Assembly (NCBI GenBank): GCA_015523565.1
Contig: WAKA01000137.1
Span: forward strand, 1-11,861
Reading direction: 5' to 3'
Length of the DNA: 11,861 nucleotides
From: Candidatus Heimdallarchaeota archaeon
GTDB taxonomy: Archaea > Asgardarchaeota > Heimdallarchaeia > Heimdallarchaeales > Kariarchaeaceae
A program made the translations under genes and the position numbers. This document shows positions 1-8,229 of the stretch, in pieces. Under the pieces are notes generated by a model. That model was not told the origin of the DNA. It saw nothing but the letters and a program-made list of their open reading frames with translations, and searched no databases. Position 1 is the stretch's first letter. The number at the start of each line of letters is the position of its first letter.

Positions 1-30
1 CCCGCCAGAAGTTAAAATACCGATCTTCAT
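1..30 (-). CDS. pfkA: 6-phosphofructokinase (PfkA family, ATP- or PPi-dependent), 5' end only, continuing off the window
   Basis: The reverse complement of 1-30 reads ATG AAG ATC GGT ATT TTA ACT TCT GGC GGG = MKIGILTSGG, the PfkA N-terminal signature (typically KIGILTSGGDxPG). A TATA-like TTTAATAT (60..53, - strand) lies ~22 nt upstream. Only 10 codons are visible. Confidence 0.8.
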   Translation of the reverse strand, partial: MKIGILTSGG

Positions 31-52
31 CAAGAAGACAGATTAAATAGGA

Positions 53-66
53 ATATTAAACTTCAC
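53..66 (-). promoter_or_regulatory. Putative archaeal BRE/TATA promoter for pfkA
   Basis: The minus strand reads GTGAAG-TTTAATAT, ending ~22 nt before the ATG at 30, which is the spacing expected for a leaderless archaeal mRNA. Confidence 0.45.
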
Positions 67-428
67 CAAATTTTCTAAAACTATTGTGAAGAAAACAATC
101 AAGCAGGCAACAACGAAACACTCCGTAAAATATTGAACAATGTTCAGATAAAAAATTACGAGAATATATCTTTTGAAAAATAAAATTTATAATCAAACCA
201 TGAATTGATGAATTATTCCATGGATTAACAAAGCATTTTATGTATTAATGATAAGATGCTAAAACCAATAATTATGGGAATCGGGATTTTAGTTTTGATT
301 TTTGCATATTTTAAGCGAATGTAGTATCCATACCTTGTTCCAAAAATATGTTCTCTTTGTCACAAAAATCATGAAATATGTAAGAGAAATAACCGATTTA
401 CTGAAATACCTCACAAGAATCATAACCT

Positions 429-1619
429 ATGGATTTCAGTTTCACTGATGAGCATAAAACATTGAGGCAAGCGGTAAGAAGCTTTGCTGCGGAAGTGGCA
501 CCAACAATCCCTGAGTTGGACAAGAAACATGAATATGACAGAAAAACCATTGAAAGAATGGGAGAAGAAGGATTTTTAGGGGTCTGCATTCCTGAGAAAT
601 ATGGCGGTGCAGGGATGGACTACATATCTCTTGGCATCTTGAGTGAAGAGCTGGAATATGTAGACACATCCCTTAGGGTTGTCATGTCTGTCCATGTAGG
701 CCTGAATTCATTGGGGCTTCTGCAATGGGCAAATGAAGAACAAAAACAAAAATACCTTGTCCCACAAGCCCAAGGAAAGAAAATTGCAACATATGCATTG
801 ACAGAGCCGAATGCGGGATCAGATGTGGCAGGTATGCAAACCACTGCAACCAAAGAGGGGGACTACTATATCTTGAGAGGCGGAAAGATGTGGATAAGCT
901 TGGCAGACACAGCAGATCAATTTTTGACTTTTGCATATACAGACAAATCCAAAAAACATCACGGCATTTCCGCATTCATTGTTGAAAGAGGCTTCAAGGG
1001 AGTAAGTACGGGATCAATCAAGGATAAACTTGGTGTAAGGGCGGGAAACACAGGTTTCATCAATTATGATGAGGTTGCAGTCCCTGCTGAAAACTTGGTG
1101 GGACTTGAAGGGGAAGGATTCAAGATAGCCATGACATGCCTTGATAATGGAAGATATACAGTTGCCGCAGGAAGTGTGGGGCTTGCAAAGGCGGCAAGGG
1201 ATGCGGCACTCAAGTATGCACATGAAAGGGAGGCATTCGGTGTTGAAATAGGGAAACACCAGTTGGTACAAAGACTTTTCGCTCACATGGTTCGTGGAAT
1301 CGAAACAGCAGAGCTCCTCACATATAGGGCAGGATGGATGAAGAACATGGGCTTAAGGAACACAAGGGAAACAGCTCTTGCAAAATGGCATGCGACTAAC
1401 GTTGCCCAAGAATGCGCAGATGCGGCAATTCAAATCCATGGAGCATATGGATACTCTGCGGAATATCCAGTAGAACGTTTTTGGAGAAATGCAAGAGGAG
1501 CAAGGATTTATGAGGGCACTGACCAAATCCAAGAACTTATCCAAGGTCAATATGCACTTGGCTACCGTGTAGACAAGCCATTGAGAAAAGAGCTTCCAAA
1601 ATATGAACCAAGTGACTGA
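429..1619 (+). CDS. Acyl-CoA dehydrogenase (short/branched-chain-like)
   Basis: 396 aa with the ACAD motifs ALTEPNAGSD, GGKMWIS, DKLGVRA, GEGFKIAM, AIQIHGAYGY and RIYEGTDQIQ (catalytic Glu in the SCAD/MCAD position). Substrate cannot be determined. Confidence 0.96.
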   Translation: MDFSFTDEHKTLRQAVRSFAAEVAPTIPELDKKHEYDRKTIERMGEEGFLGVCIPEKYGGAGMDYISLGILSEELEYVDTSLRVVMSVHVGLNSLGLLQWANEEQKQKYLVPQAQGKKIATYALTEPNAGSDVAGMQTTATKEGDYYILRGGKMWISLADTADQFLTFAYTDKSKKHHGISAFIVERGFKGVSTGSIKDKLGVRAGNTGFINYDEVAVPAENLVGLEGEGFKIAMTCLDNGRYTVAAGSVGLAKAARDAALKYAHEREAFGVEIGKHQLVQRLFAHMVRGIETAELLTYRAGWMKNMGLRNTRETALAKWHATNVAQECADAAIQIHGAYGYSAEYPVERFWRNARGARIYEGTDQIQELIQGQYALGYRVDKPLRKELPKYEPSD

Positions 1620-1641
1620 ATTAAAAGATTAAGAATTAACG

Positions 1642-3339
1642 CTAAATCAATCCATTCAACAAGACCATCAAGGGTCCAATGACCATCGATATGGTAATAC
1701 TCCATCTGATAGGTTGAGGAATGTCAAACCTGACTTGCAAACCATTGACCTTGTCCACAAATTCCTTGGCTGGGGGAAAACCATTTCCTGATGCAAGAGC
1801 ACTTGAGAAGTCAATGTCATTATGCATTTTCAGGAATTGCTGGAAACTCTGTTGTATTTGTTGTCTCAAGCTTGGATGGTCACGATCTGCAAGGACAATA
1901 AGCCGAAGACCATTATTCTCCTCGACCAAGATGTCATTGTTGCCACGTTTGATGGTTGAAACAACCTCATCACCACCAGTCAGCTCCTTGTCAACCGATG
2001 AAAGAGCAGTGAAAAACCCAGAAAGCAGATATTCATCCGTGTCAAAAGTCACCAGATGGGAAGCTAAAGGAAGTCCTTCTTTTGTAATCAACAAGACATC
2101 ATGAACCATTGCAGGTTCATAAGAAAGAACAAGGAAGACAGAAAGAAGAAGTATGGCAAAATCAATCGAGAACAGAAGAGGAATAAGCCACTGGGGAACT
2201 GAAAGATTGTTGGCGTTGTTTAGGTAAAGGAGCTCATATATCACCCCAGGAAGAATAAATGAGAGCAAAAGGAAAAGAGAAACCAAGAGCACTAAATTCT
2301 TGACAGAAACCCCATGAACCTCCTTGAGCTGTGAAAAAGCTTTCTTGATGGTTGAATAATCGTGAGGAACAAATAATAACCAAACCAACACGGAAAGGGC
2401 AAGTAAAGAGACAGGGATCACCATTAAAGGACTCAGTTCAGAAAAGGCAAGGGTATTTCCAGCCCTAAGCAGTGTCAGTCCAACATTGAAAACAAAATTC
2501 ATGATGAAAGGCAATACGATTGATCCAGTTTGTTCGAATGATGAGAAGTTGATGTAGAGAATTATGAGGAAAACAGCAACCTGGCCCCAAAATAGGAAGG
2601 GGGAGAAGTTGGGAATTGATTTCCAGTCAAAAATTATTTTGAAAAGAGTAGTCACCTTTTCCCGACCTTGAATGAGGAAAAAGAAAATCAAATAGAACAC
2701 ATAGAAAATGGTGGCAAGAATATTTGCAATACCTACAGGAAATCGAGACTTTAGGGAAGTATGTGCATAGCTGAAAAAGAAGAAGCCTGCAGAAAGTGGC
2801 CAAATGAAACCCATTTCGATGATTCCAAAGTAATAACTGGCGTTAAGCTCTTTGGGTGTAAACAATCGATCACCCACAGTATAAGCGAATATTGAAAGGA
2901 ACCCATTTGATCCAAATTCAAGGTAAAAGAGTGGGGTCATTATGACATAGAATATCAGGATGGATATAAATCCCAATGCAATACCTTTACGAACAAGACT
3001 CATGAATGACTGATCCTTGGTGTGAAAAGTATAACCGAAATCAGACCAAGTCCATCCATCCCTAGTGCGTCGGATCCATAAGCCAAACACAAGGCTGGAT
3101 ATGAAAAGAAGTCCATTCAATACAAACGTAATCCTGACAATTTCCTCAAAATTCCCACCTCTTAAATCCCCAACATTTGGAGAGCCCAAATACCCATCCG
3201 CAATGGGACGATAAAGATTAAGTCCTTCAAACGCAGCATCAACCAATGCAATGATTGTAAAACTTACAAGAAATATAAAACTTATCTCAACGATGAGGAT
3301 AAGTCGATCCAAAGTATTATTCAAATTTTCGATCATCAT
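1642..3339 (-). CDS. Polytopic membrane protein: degenerate CPBP/CAAX-protease-like domain + longin/roadblock-like domain + C-terminal TM helix
   Basis: 565 aa with about ten hydrophobic helices in aa 12-407. CPBP-like scaffold: GWTWSDFGY, PLSAGFFFFSY, IFYVFY, QTGSIVLPFIMNFVFN. Soluble aa ~411-535 (DVLLITKEGLPL...DEYLLSGFFTALSSVDKEL...LRLIVLAD) match the pattern of Asgard longin-like domains. Hydrophobic tail at aa ~544-565. The CDS is secure; the domain calls are by eye. Confidence 0.7.
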   Translation of the reverse strand: MMIENLNNTLDRLILIVEISFIFLVSFTIIALVDAAFEGLNLYRPIADGYLGSPNVGDLRGGNFEEIVRITFVLNGLLFISSLVFGLWIRRTRDGWTWSDFGYTFHTKDQSFMSLVRKGIALGFISILIFYVIMTPLFYLEFGSNGFLSIFAYTVGDRLFTPKELNASYYFGIIEMGFIWPLSAGFFFFSYAHTSLKSRFPVGIANILATIFYVFYLIFFFLIQGREKVTTLFKIIFDWKSIPNFSPFLFWGQVAVFLIILYINFSSFEQTGSIVLPFIMNFVFNVGLTLLRAGNTLAFSELSPLMVIPVSLLALSVLVWLLFVPHDYSTIKKAFSQLKEVHGVSVKNLVLLVSLFLLLSFILPGVIYELLYLNNANNLSVPQWLIPLLFSIDFAILLLSVFLVLSYEPAMVHDVLLITKEGLPLASHLVTFDTDEYLLSGFFTALSSVDKELTGGDEVVSTIKRGNNDILVEENNGLRLIVLADRDHPSLRQQIQQSFQQFLKMHNDIDFSSALASGNGFPPAKEFVDKVNGLQVRFDIPQPIRWSITISMVIGPLMVLLNGLI

Positions 3340-3467
3340 TTGATTAAACCACCACTGCTATAAATATTTGCCCTTTAGGAAAAATTAGACAGTAATTTGT
3401 TTTCGCATATTTTTATCGTTGCCATTTTCAGAGAAAAATTTTTATTCAGTAGGAAAAGAAAGAACAT
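3340..3467. promoter_or_regulatory. 128-bp divergent promoter region
   Basis: Minus strand: GGGCAAAT-ATTTATAG, with TTTATA (3364..3359) ~20-23 nt before the ATGs at 3339/3336. Plus strand: GAAAAA-TTTTTATT (3433-3446) ~21 nt before the ATG at 3468. Confidence 0.5.
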
Positions 3468-4037
3468 ATGTCATTTGATTTATTATTCAACACAGGACTA
3501 AAGATGGAGAAAGAAGGATTCAAAGCCTTGGCAGATGATCCCAGCACCACTAAAGACGCGTGGGTGTTGATTTTGGGATCAATCGTTGTCTATGCCTTGT
3601 CAAAATCAGTTGGATTTTCCTCTTTTGAGTTTCCATTTGAGGTAAATAATACAAAAATAATAATTAATTGGGTTACTGTTTTTGTAATGGCATTGATCTA
3701 TGCTTACTTTGCAACCATAGCATTCACGTACATCTATGGATTTGTTGCAAAAATCATGGGGATAAGAATTGAGTATAGTGCACTGATACGAATAATGGGT
3801 GCTGTTCAGGTTTGGGCATACATAGGAAGCTTGATTTCCTTTGTATTGAATTTTGGCAGCATTTTTTATTTGATTGCCCTTATAGGATTTGTCATTGGAG
3901 TAATTGAAGTATCAGAAAAAGATGAATTAACGGTTTTCATGGCATTGTTTATTGCCTTGGTTTTGACAGCCCTCTTAATATTAGTGTCTATAGGGGGATT
4001 AGTCCTGCTTATCTTTATGGGAATAATTGGAATGTGA
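3468..4037 (+). CDS. Yip1-domain membrane protein
   Basis: 189 aa. An N-terminal 'EGFKALADDPSTTKDAWVLI' is followed by ~5 TM helices containing 'FVAKIMG...YSALIRIMG' and 'FVIGVIEVSEKD', the typical prokaryotic Yip1 layout. Confidence 0.7.
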   Translation: MSFDLLFNTGLKMEKEGFKALADDPSTTKDAWVLILGSIVVYALSKSVGFSSFEFPFEVNNTKIIINWVTVFVMALIYAYFATIAFTYIYGFVAKIMGIRIEYSALIRIMGAVQVWAYIGSLISFVLNFGSIFYLIALIGFVIGVIEVSEKDELTVFMALFIALVLTALLILVSIGGLVLLIFMGIIGM

Positions 4038-4089
4038 AAAAAAGATTGCCCCATACCTTAAATAAAATAAAACAATAATATACTCAACC

Positions 4090-5403
4090 ATGGTAGAATT
4101 CTTGCAAACTCTGGATGAGGTAAATTCCCTTTACAATGACTTAAGCAATCATCCTTCGTTTCAGATAAGAAACAGGTTGTTTATGGGAGGAGGGAAATAC
4201 GGTGCAGGTCTTGCAGAACTTTCGGGGCTATTGCAAGAGATACAAATGACATTGAAGGGGCTTCCTGAAAGAAAGAAAGAATTTTTTGGAGATGAACTGC
4301 AAAAGAAAACCCAAGAACTAAAAAAAACGCTGGAGATGTTGATAACCCACCATAGCATGCTTTCAACAGAGGATTTGATAAAACTCAAAGATGTGTTCCG
4401 AGTAGAATTGCAGGACTTTGCCAAGAAAGTGAATGAAATAAAGGAAATGCCAGATCAGGAAATTCCAACAAATGAGGAGATGTTGACAGAGGAGTTAAAA
4501 GAGTTAAGACAAAAGATAGAGGACGGATTTACCGCACTGGACAGTTCATACCTTTGGAGGGGAATGGTAAGGAACGAAGGAGAAGACGAAGTAAGAGTCA
4601 TAAAAGAATTACAGAACCAGGTCATCAAAAATATTGCAAATATTGATGATGTTGAAATTTTAAAGTTTTTAGCTATGTTTTCCGCAGAACTAAGAAACAT
4701 AGTAACTGATTCCAAAGACGAAAACCTGCTTCTGATCAATTTTTTCCTTTTCCTGACAGAACTGCTTGAAAAACCCAACTCATGGAAATTAAGCAAGCCA
4801 GACAAGGGAAATCCCAGCAAGAGTAAAATTACCCACCATGATGTTATGCTTGATTTGGAGACAAAAATCAATAGAGGAATGACCACTTGGCTAATCTATC
4901 TTTTCGATGATCTAGAGAAAAACACACCCCTAGAAAGTTTGGATGAAGTATTCGTAAATGAACTCTATCAAATGAGTAGAGATCCAATTGAATTCTTCAT
5001 GTGGACCATGTCCCAGTTCGCGTATCGGAAAAAGGATGACGAGCTTATTAGCCTTTCAGAAACCTATGCCACATTGGCCAGCTCACTTTTGAGCCTCATT
5101 TTTGACTTGGAGAATTTGGGTTATTCAGACATTGCAAAAGAGGTCATGGAATTCAATGCCATCAATCCAAGTACCGCAATTGATGACATCGCAGATCTCT
5201 ATGATCCAAAAAAAATCAATCCGAATACATTGAAAAATGCAATAAAAAAGAACATGTCTGAGCTTTCAAGATTGGCGACAGACATTTCCCAATTGGGAGA
5301 TCTGGAAGACGCGATTATAAGAGTGTTTAACTTTTCGTTCAGGGACAATGAGTTCCATACAATTGAACAGGTGAGAGAATTTTTACTGACTTTACAAAAC
5401 TAA
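4090..5403 (+). CDS. Hypothetical soluble alpha-helical protein
   Basis: 437-aa ORF rich in E/K/L, with heptad-like segments at aa ~40-150 and no recognisable catalytic motif. TATA-like CTTAAATA (4057-4064) lies ~25 nt upstream. Confidence 0.85.
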   Translation: MVEFLQTLDEVNSLYNDLSNHPSFQIRNRLFMGGGKYGAGLAELSGLLQEIQMTLKGLPERKKEFFGDELQKKTQELKKTLEMLITHHSMLSTEDLIKLKDVFRVELQDFAKKVNEIKEMPDQEIPTNEEMLTEELKELRQKIEDGFTALDSSYLWRGMVRNEGEDEVRVIKELQNQVIKNIANIDDVEILKFLAMFSAELRNIVTDSKDENLLLINFFLFLTELLEKPNSWKLSKPDKGNPSKSKITHHDVMLDLETKINRGMTTWLIYLFDDLEKNTPLESLDEVFVNELYQMSRDPIEFFMWTMSQFAYRKKDDELISLSETYATLASSLLSLIFDLENLGYSDIAKEVMEFNAINPSTAIDDIADLYDPKKINPNTLKNAIKKNMSELSRLATDISQLGDLEDAIIRVFNFSFRDNEFHTIEQVREFLLTLQN

Positions 5404-5464
5404 ATTGAGAAAAAATGCTCCTAAAAACTTATTAATTGATGGTCATAAATATTTCTGAGAAGAT

Positions 5465-7231
5465 TTGGATATTGGCGAACAACTACTAAAAGGAAATTTT
5501 CAACAGTTGTTAGAGAAAATTCCCGAAACATTTCCAGAAGGATTAAAAAATCGTATTCAAGCGAAGGTGTACTATTATCAGGGGAAATTTAAGGAAAGCA
5601 TTGAATTCTTTGAAAAAGCCATGGATTTGGAAAATTCAGAAATTGAAAAGTTGAAAATCATTTCAGACTATACAAGGGTTTATATTAGAATTGGAGAAAT
5701 CACAAAAGCAGAACAAATTCTTCAAAATAGCAAAAACAAAATTTTTCAAATAAACAAAAAAGGCAGTGAATGCAATTTTGAGGGGAGAAAAGCAATCTGC
5801 AGATATTCAGATATTTTTTCACAGACAGATGACAAGAAAACAAAAGAAGCTTTGACAAACTATTATACAATAATTAATTATTTCAATTGGAGCAAGGGAA
5901 TTGTTAGTGCAAGCATTGAATGCCAAAGGAAGCTTTTAGATGCTATTGAAGACAAAACCACCTTTGAATATTTTAGTGCCCTCCATACGTATTTTCGAAT
6001 GGAAGCTCTAGGAGCAAGAAATTTAGAGCTAATTCCAGAATTGAGAGAAACAATCAAACACTTGAAAGAAAAGGGTTACAAGATGGCAGAAGCAGAAAGT
6101 CTCAATCTTTTAGGAGTTCTCCACTATTTCAGGGGAGAGTACGAAAAATCCTTGGAAATATTCAAACAAGCACTGGAAATAAGTGAAAAAATTGGCATGG
6201 TATATCTAAGTTCTTTAATCAGGGCAAATATCGGGGGATCTTTGAAAAATTTAGGCTTCATTAACCAAGCATTGGAATATCTTCAACCTGCATTCGAGTT
6301 TGAACAGAGGGTTGGTATCACAAGAAATCTTCCTCTGATATTGAACAATATTGCTTTTTGTTATATTCTTTTGGGGGATTACGAAAAAGGAAAAGTGTTC
6401 TTGCAACAGTCATTGGAATTGTTTGAGAATTACACACATCCATATTCCTATAGTGCAACAATGATGGAGATTGCACAGGCAGAATATATAACGCAAAATT
6501 ATGATGAAGCTTGGGCATGGCTGCAAAAGGTTCATGAACGAGCATTAGAAGAAGAAAGCATAATTCTTGCCGCAACTGCATTGTTCTATATGATACAGAT
6601 AGCTATAGAAACGGGCAAAAAAAATGTCCAAAATCTCATAATGGATCTGAAACAAGTTGCAGAAAATCATGACATTCCAAAGATCAAATTCCTTTCCGAT
6701 CTTGCAAATGCGATATTCCTCAAAGATCAAGGAAGATTCAAACAATTGGCATTGGCAGAGGAAATATTGAAGGATTTGGAAAAACGGGTCGATGAGACAG
6801 AGATCAACATAAGGCTCATGGTTTATCTTCATTTGTTGGATATCCTGTTAATGGAGCTTTTAGTCAAAGAAAATCCAGAGATAATAAGGGAAATATTGGA
6901 ATATACAAACAATATGAACAGCATAGCCACATTGTCAGAGATACCACATACAAAATTGGAAATGGCACTTCTCAATGCCAAGATACAGATAATGGCAGGA
7001 AAACTAAAATCAGCGATGGATATCTTGGATGAGGTTGAGATAGAGGCAAGAAAGTATGCTTTGAAAGAGGTGCAGGCAAAGGCAATTTCACTCAAGGATG
7101 AGATTGAACAGGCATTTGAAGAGTTGGCTTCGCCAGTGCCTTTAGAAAAAACAACCTCATTCAGTCAATTGCAAAAACAGGAATTGATTGATTATTTGAA
7201 AAAAGTCCAAAAAATCGTGTCCCTTCAATAA
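5465..7231 (+). CDS. Tetratricopeptide repeat (TPR) protein
   Basis: 588 aa with a TTG start. TPR units include AKVYYYQGKFKESIEFFEKAMDL, SLNLLGVLHYFRGEYEKSLEIFKQALEI and ILNNIAFCYILLGDYEKGKVFLQQSLEL. AAAAA-CTTATTAA (5423-5435) lies upstream. Confidence 0.9.
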   Translation: MDIGEQLLKGNFQQLLEKIPETFPEGLKNRIQAKVYYYQGKFKESIEFFEKAMDLENSEIEKLKIISDYTRVYIRIGEITKAEQILQNSKNKIFQINKKGSECNFEGRKAICRYSDIFSQTDDKKTKEALTNYYTIINYFNWSKGIVSASIECQRKLLDAIEDKTTFEYFSALHTYFRMEALGARNLELIPELRETIKHLKEKGYKMAEAESLNLLGVLHYFRGEYEKSLEIFKQALEISEKIGMVYLSSLIRANIGGSLKNLGFINQALEYLQPAFEFEQRVGITRNLPLILNNIAFCYILLGDYEKGKVFLQQSLELFENYTHPYSYSATMMEIAQAEYITQNYDEAWAWLQKVHERALEEESIILAATALFYMIQIAIETGKKNVQNLIMDLKQVAENHDIPKIKFLSDLANAIFLKDQGRFKQLALAEEILKDLEKRVDETEINIRLMVYLHLLDILLMELLVKENPEIIREILEYTNNMNSIATLSEIPHTKLEMALLNAKIQIMAGKLKSAMDILDEVEIEARKYALKEVQAKAISLKDEIEQAFEELASPVPLEKTTSFSQLQKQELIDYLKKVQKIVSLQ

Positions 7232-7244
7232 TTTGCTTTTTTCT
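7232..7244 (+). terminator. Possible oligo-T archaeal terminator after the TPR gene
   Basis: TTTGCTTTTTTCT directly follows the stop codon. Confidence 0.35.
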
Positions 7245-7280
7245 GTGACAATTTAAAAATTGCAACAATCAAAAAAGATC

Positions 7281-8204
7281 ATGGATCATTCTGTTGCCTT
7301 TGTCGTCAACCCTGAAAGCAGAGGAGGGGAAACTGGGAGGACTTGGGAAAAAAAGCTGAAAGTAATTGAAAAACATCTGACCTACCCATTCACATATCGA
7401 ATTGCAAAAGGTATAGGAACAGGTGTTCAAACCACGAAAGAGCTTATTGAGGAAGGGCATACCATGATCATCTCTGTAGGGGGAGAGGGAACTGCAAACG
7501 AAGTTGTAAATGGAATCATGGAGAGTCGAAAACAAGTGGTCATGGGATTTATTAAGTCAGGAACAGTCAATGACTACCTGAAGGTGATCAACTGGCCCTC
7601 ATCCCTAGAGGAACAAGTCAAGCTCCTGAACGAAGCGAAAACAGTGAAAACACCATTGACATTTTGTGAAGCAATAGGGGAAAGATCAAGATATGGACTT
7701 AATGTGGCAGACGTCGGGATAGGTACATCAATATCCTATGATGCATCAGTCAAAAGGTCGATCACATGGATAAAATCTGGACTGCGATATACACTCCTTG
7801 CAATCAAGGCAATCGTTAAATGGCGAAACATCCCATGCACCATTACAACAGACAACGAAAAAATAGAAGGCAATTTAAGCCTGTTCATGGCTGGCTTTTC
7901 AAAAGAATCAGGAGCATACAGAGTTCTTCCAAAGGCAAACCCTTGGGGAGAGAAAATGGCGTACCTCGCCGCCATGAACTTTTCAAAAATCAAGATGATC
8001 AGGCTCATGGGGATACTTAAGAAAGGAGAACATGAAGGATATCCCAATGTGCACATGGATTTTACCTCAAAAGCAGTCATCGAATCCAACGAACCCATGA
8101 TGGTTGAGGTTGACGGAGAGGTATTTGGATACAATACAAACAAGATAATTGTCAAGGCCATCCCCAACGCCATTGATGTCATTTCCGCAAACACAAAGCC
8201 CTAA
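7281..8204 (+). CDS. Diacylglycerol/sphingosine kinase family (DAGK_cat, YegS/DgkB-like) lipid kinase
   Basis: Motifs VVNPESRGG, VGGEGTANEVVNG, SGTVNDY, LNVADVG and VEVDGE. The ATG at 7281 is preferred over the track's TTG at 7260 because TTTAAAAA (7252-7259) lies ~21 nt upstream of it and the domain begins there. Confidence 0.88.
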   Translation: MDHSVAFVVNPESRGGETGRTWEKKLKVIEKHLTYPFTYRIAKGIGTGVQTTKELIEEGHTMIISVGGEGTANEVVNGIMESRKQVVMGFIKSGTVNDYLKVINWPSSLEEQVKLLNEAKTVKTPLTFCEAIGERSRYGLNVADVGIGTSISYDASVKRSITWIKSGLRYTLLAIKAIVKWRNIPCTITTDNEKIEGNLSLFMAGFSKESGAYRVLPKANPWGEKMAYLAAMNFSKIKMIRLMGILKKGEHEGYPNVHMDFTSKAVIESNEPMMVEVDGEVFGYNTNKIIVKAIPNAIDVISANTKP

Positions 8205-8229
8205 TACCATAAGGAGAAAATGAGTTAAA

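Noticed and set aside
43-186. Hydrophobic stop-to-stop frame on the - strand (...YLNIVQYFTECFVVACLIVFFTIVLENLVKFNIPI*)
   Set aside because: There is no ATG start, it overlaps the putative pfkA promoter, and T-rich sequence explains the hydrophobicity.
5465-7231. TPR protein as a CRISPR-associated (Csx29/TPR-CHAT) or other defence effector
   Set aside because: No CHAT/caspase, nuclease or NTPase domain is visible, and it is separated from the array by unrelated genes.
7260-7280. TTG start for the lipid kinase given in the ORF track
   Set aside because: It abuts the TATA-like box; the ATG at 7281 fits the promoter spacing and domain start better.
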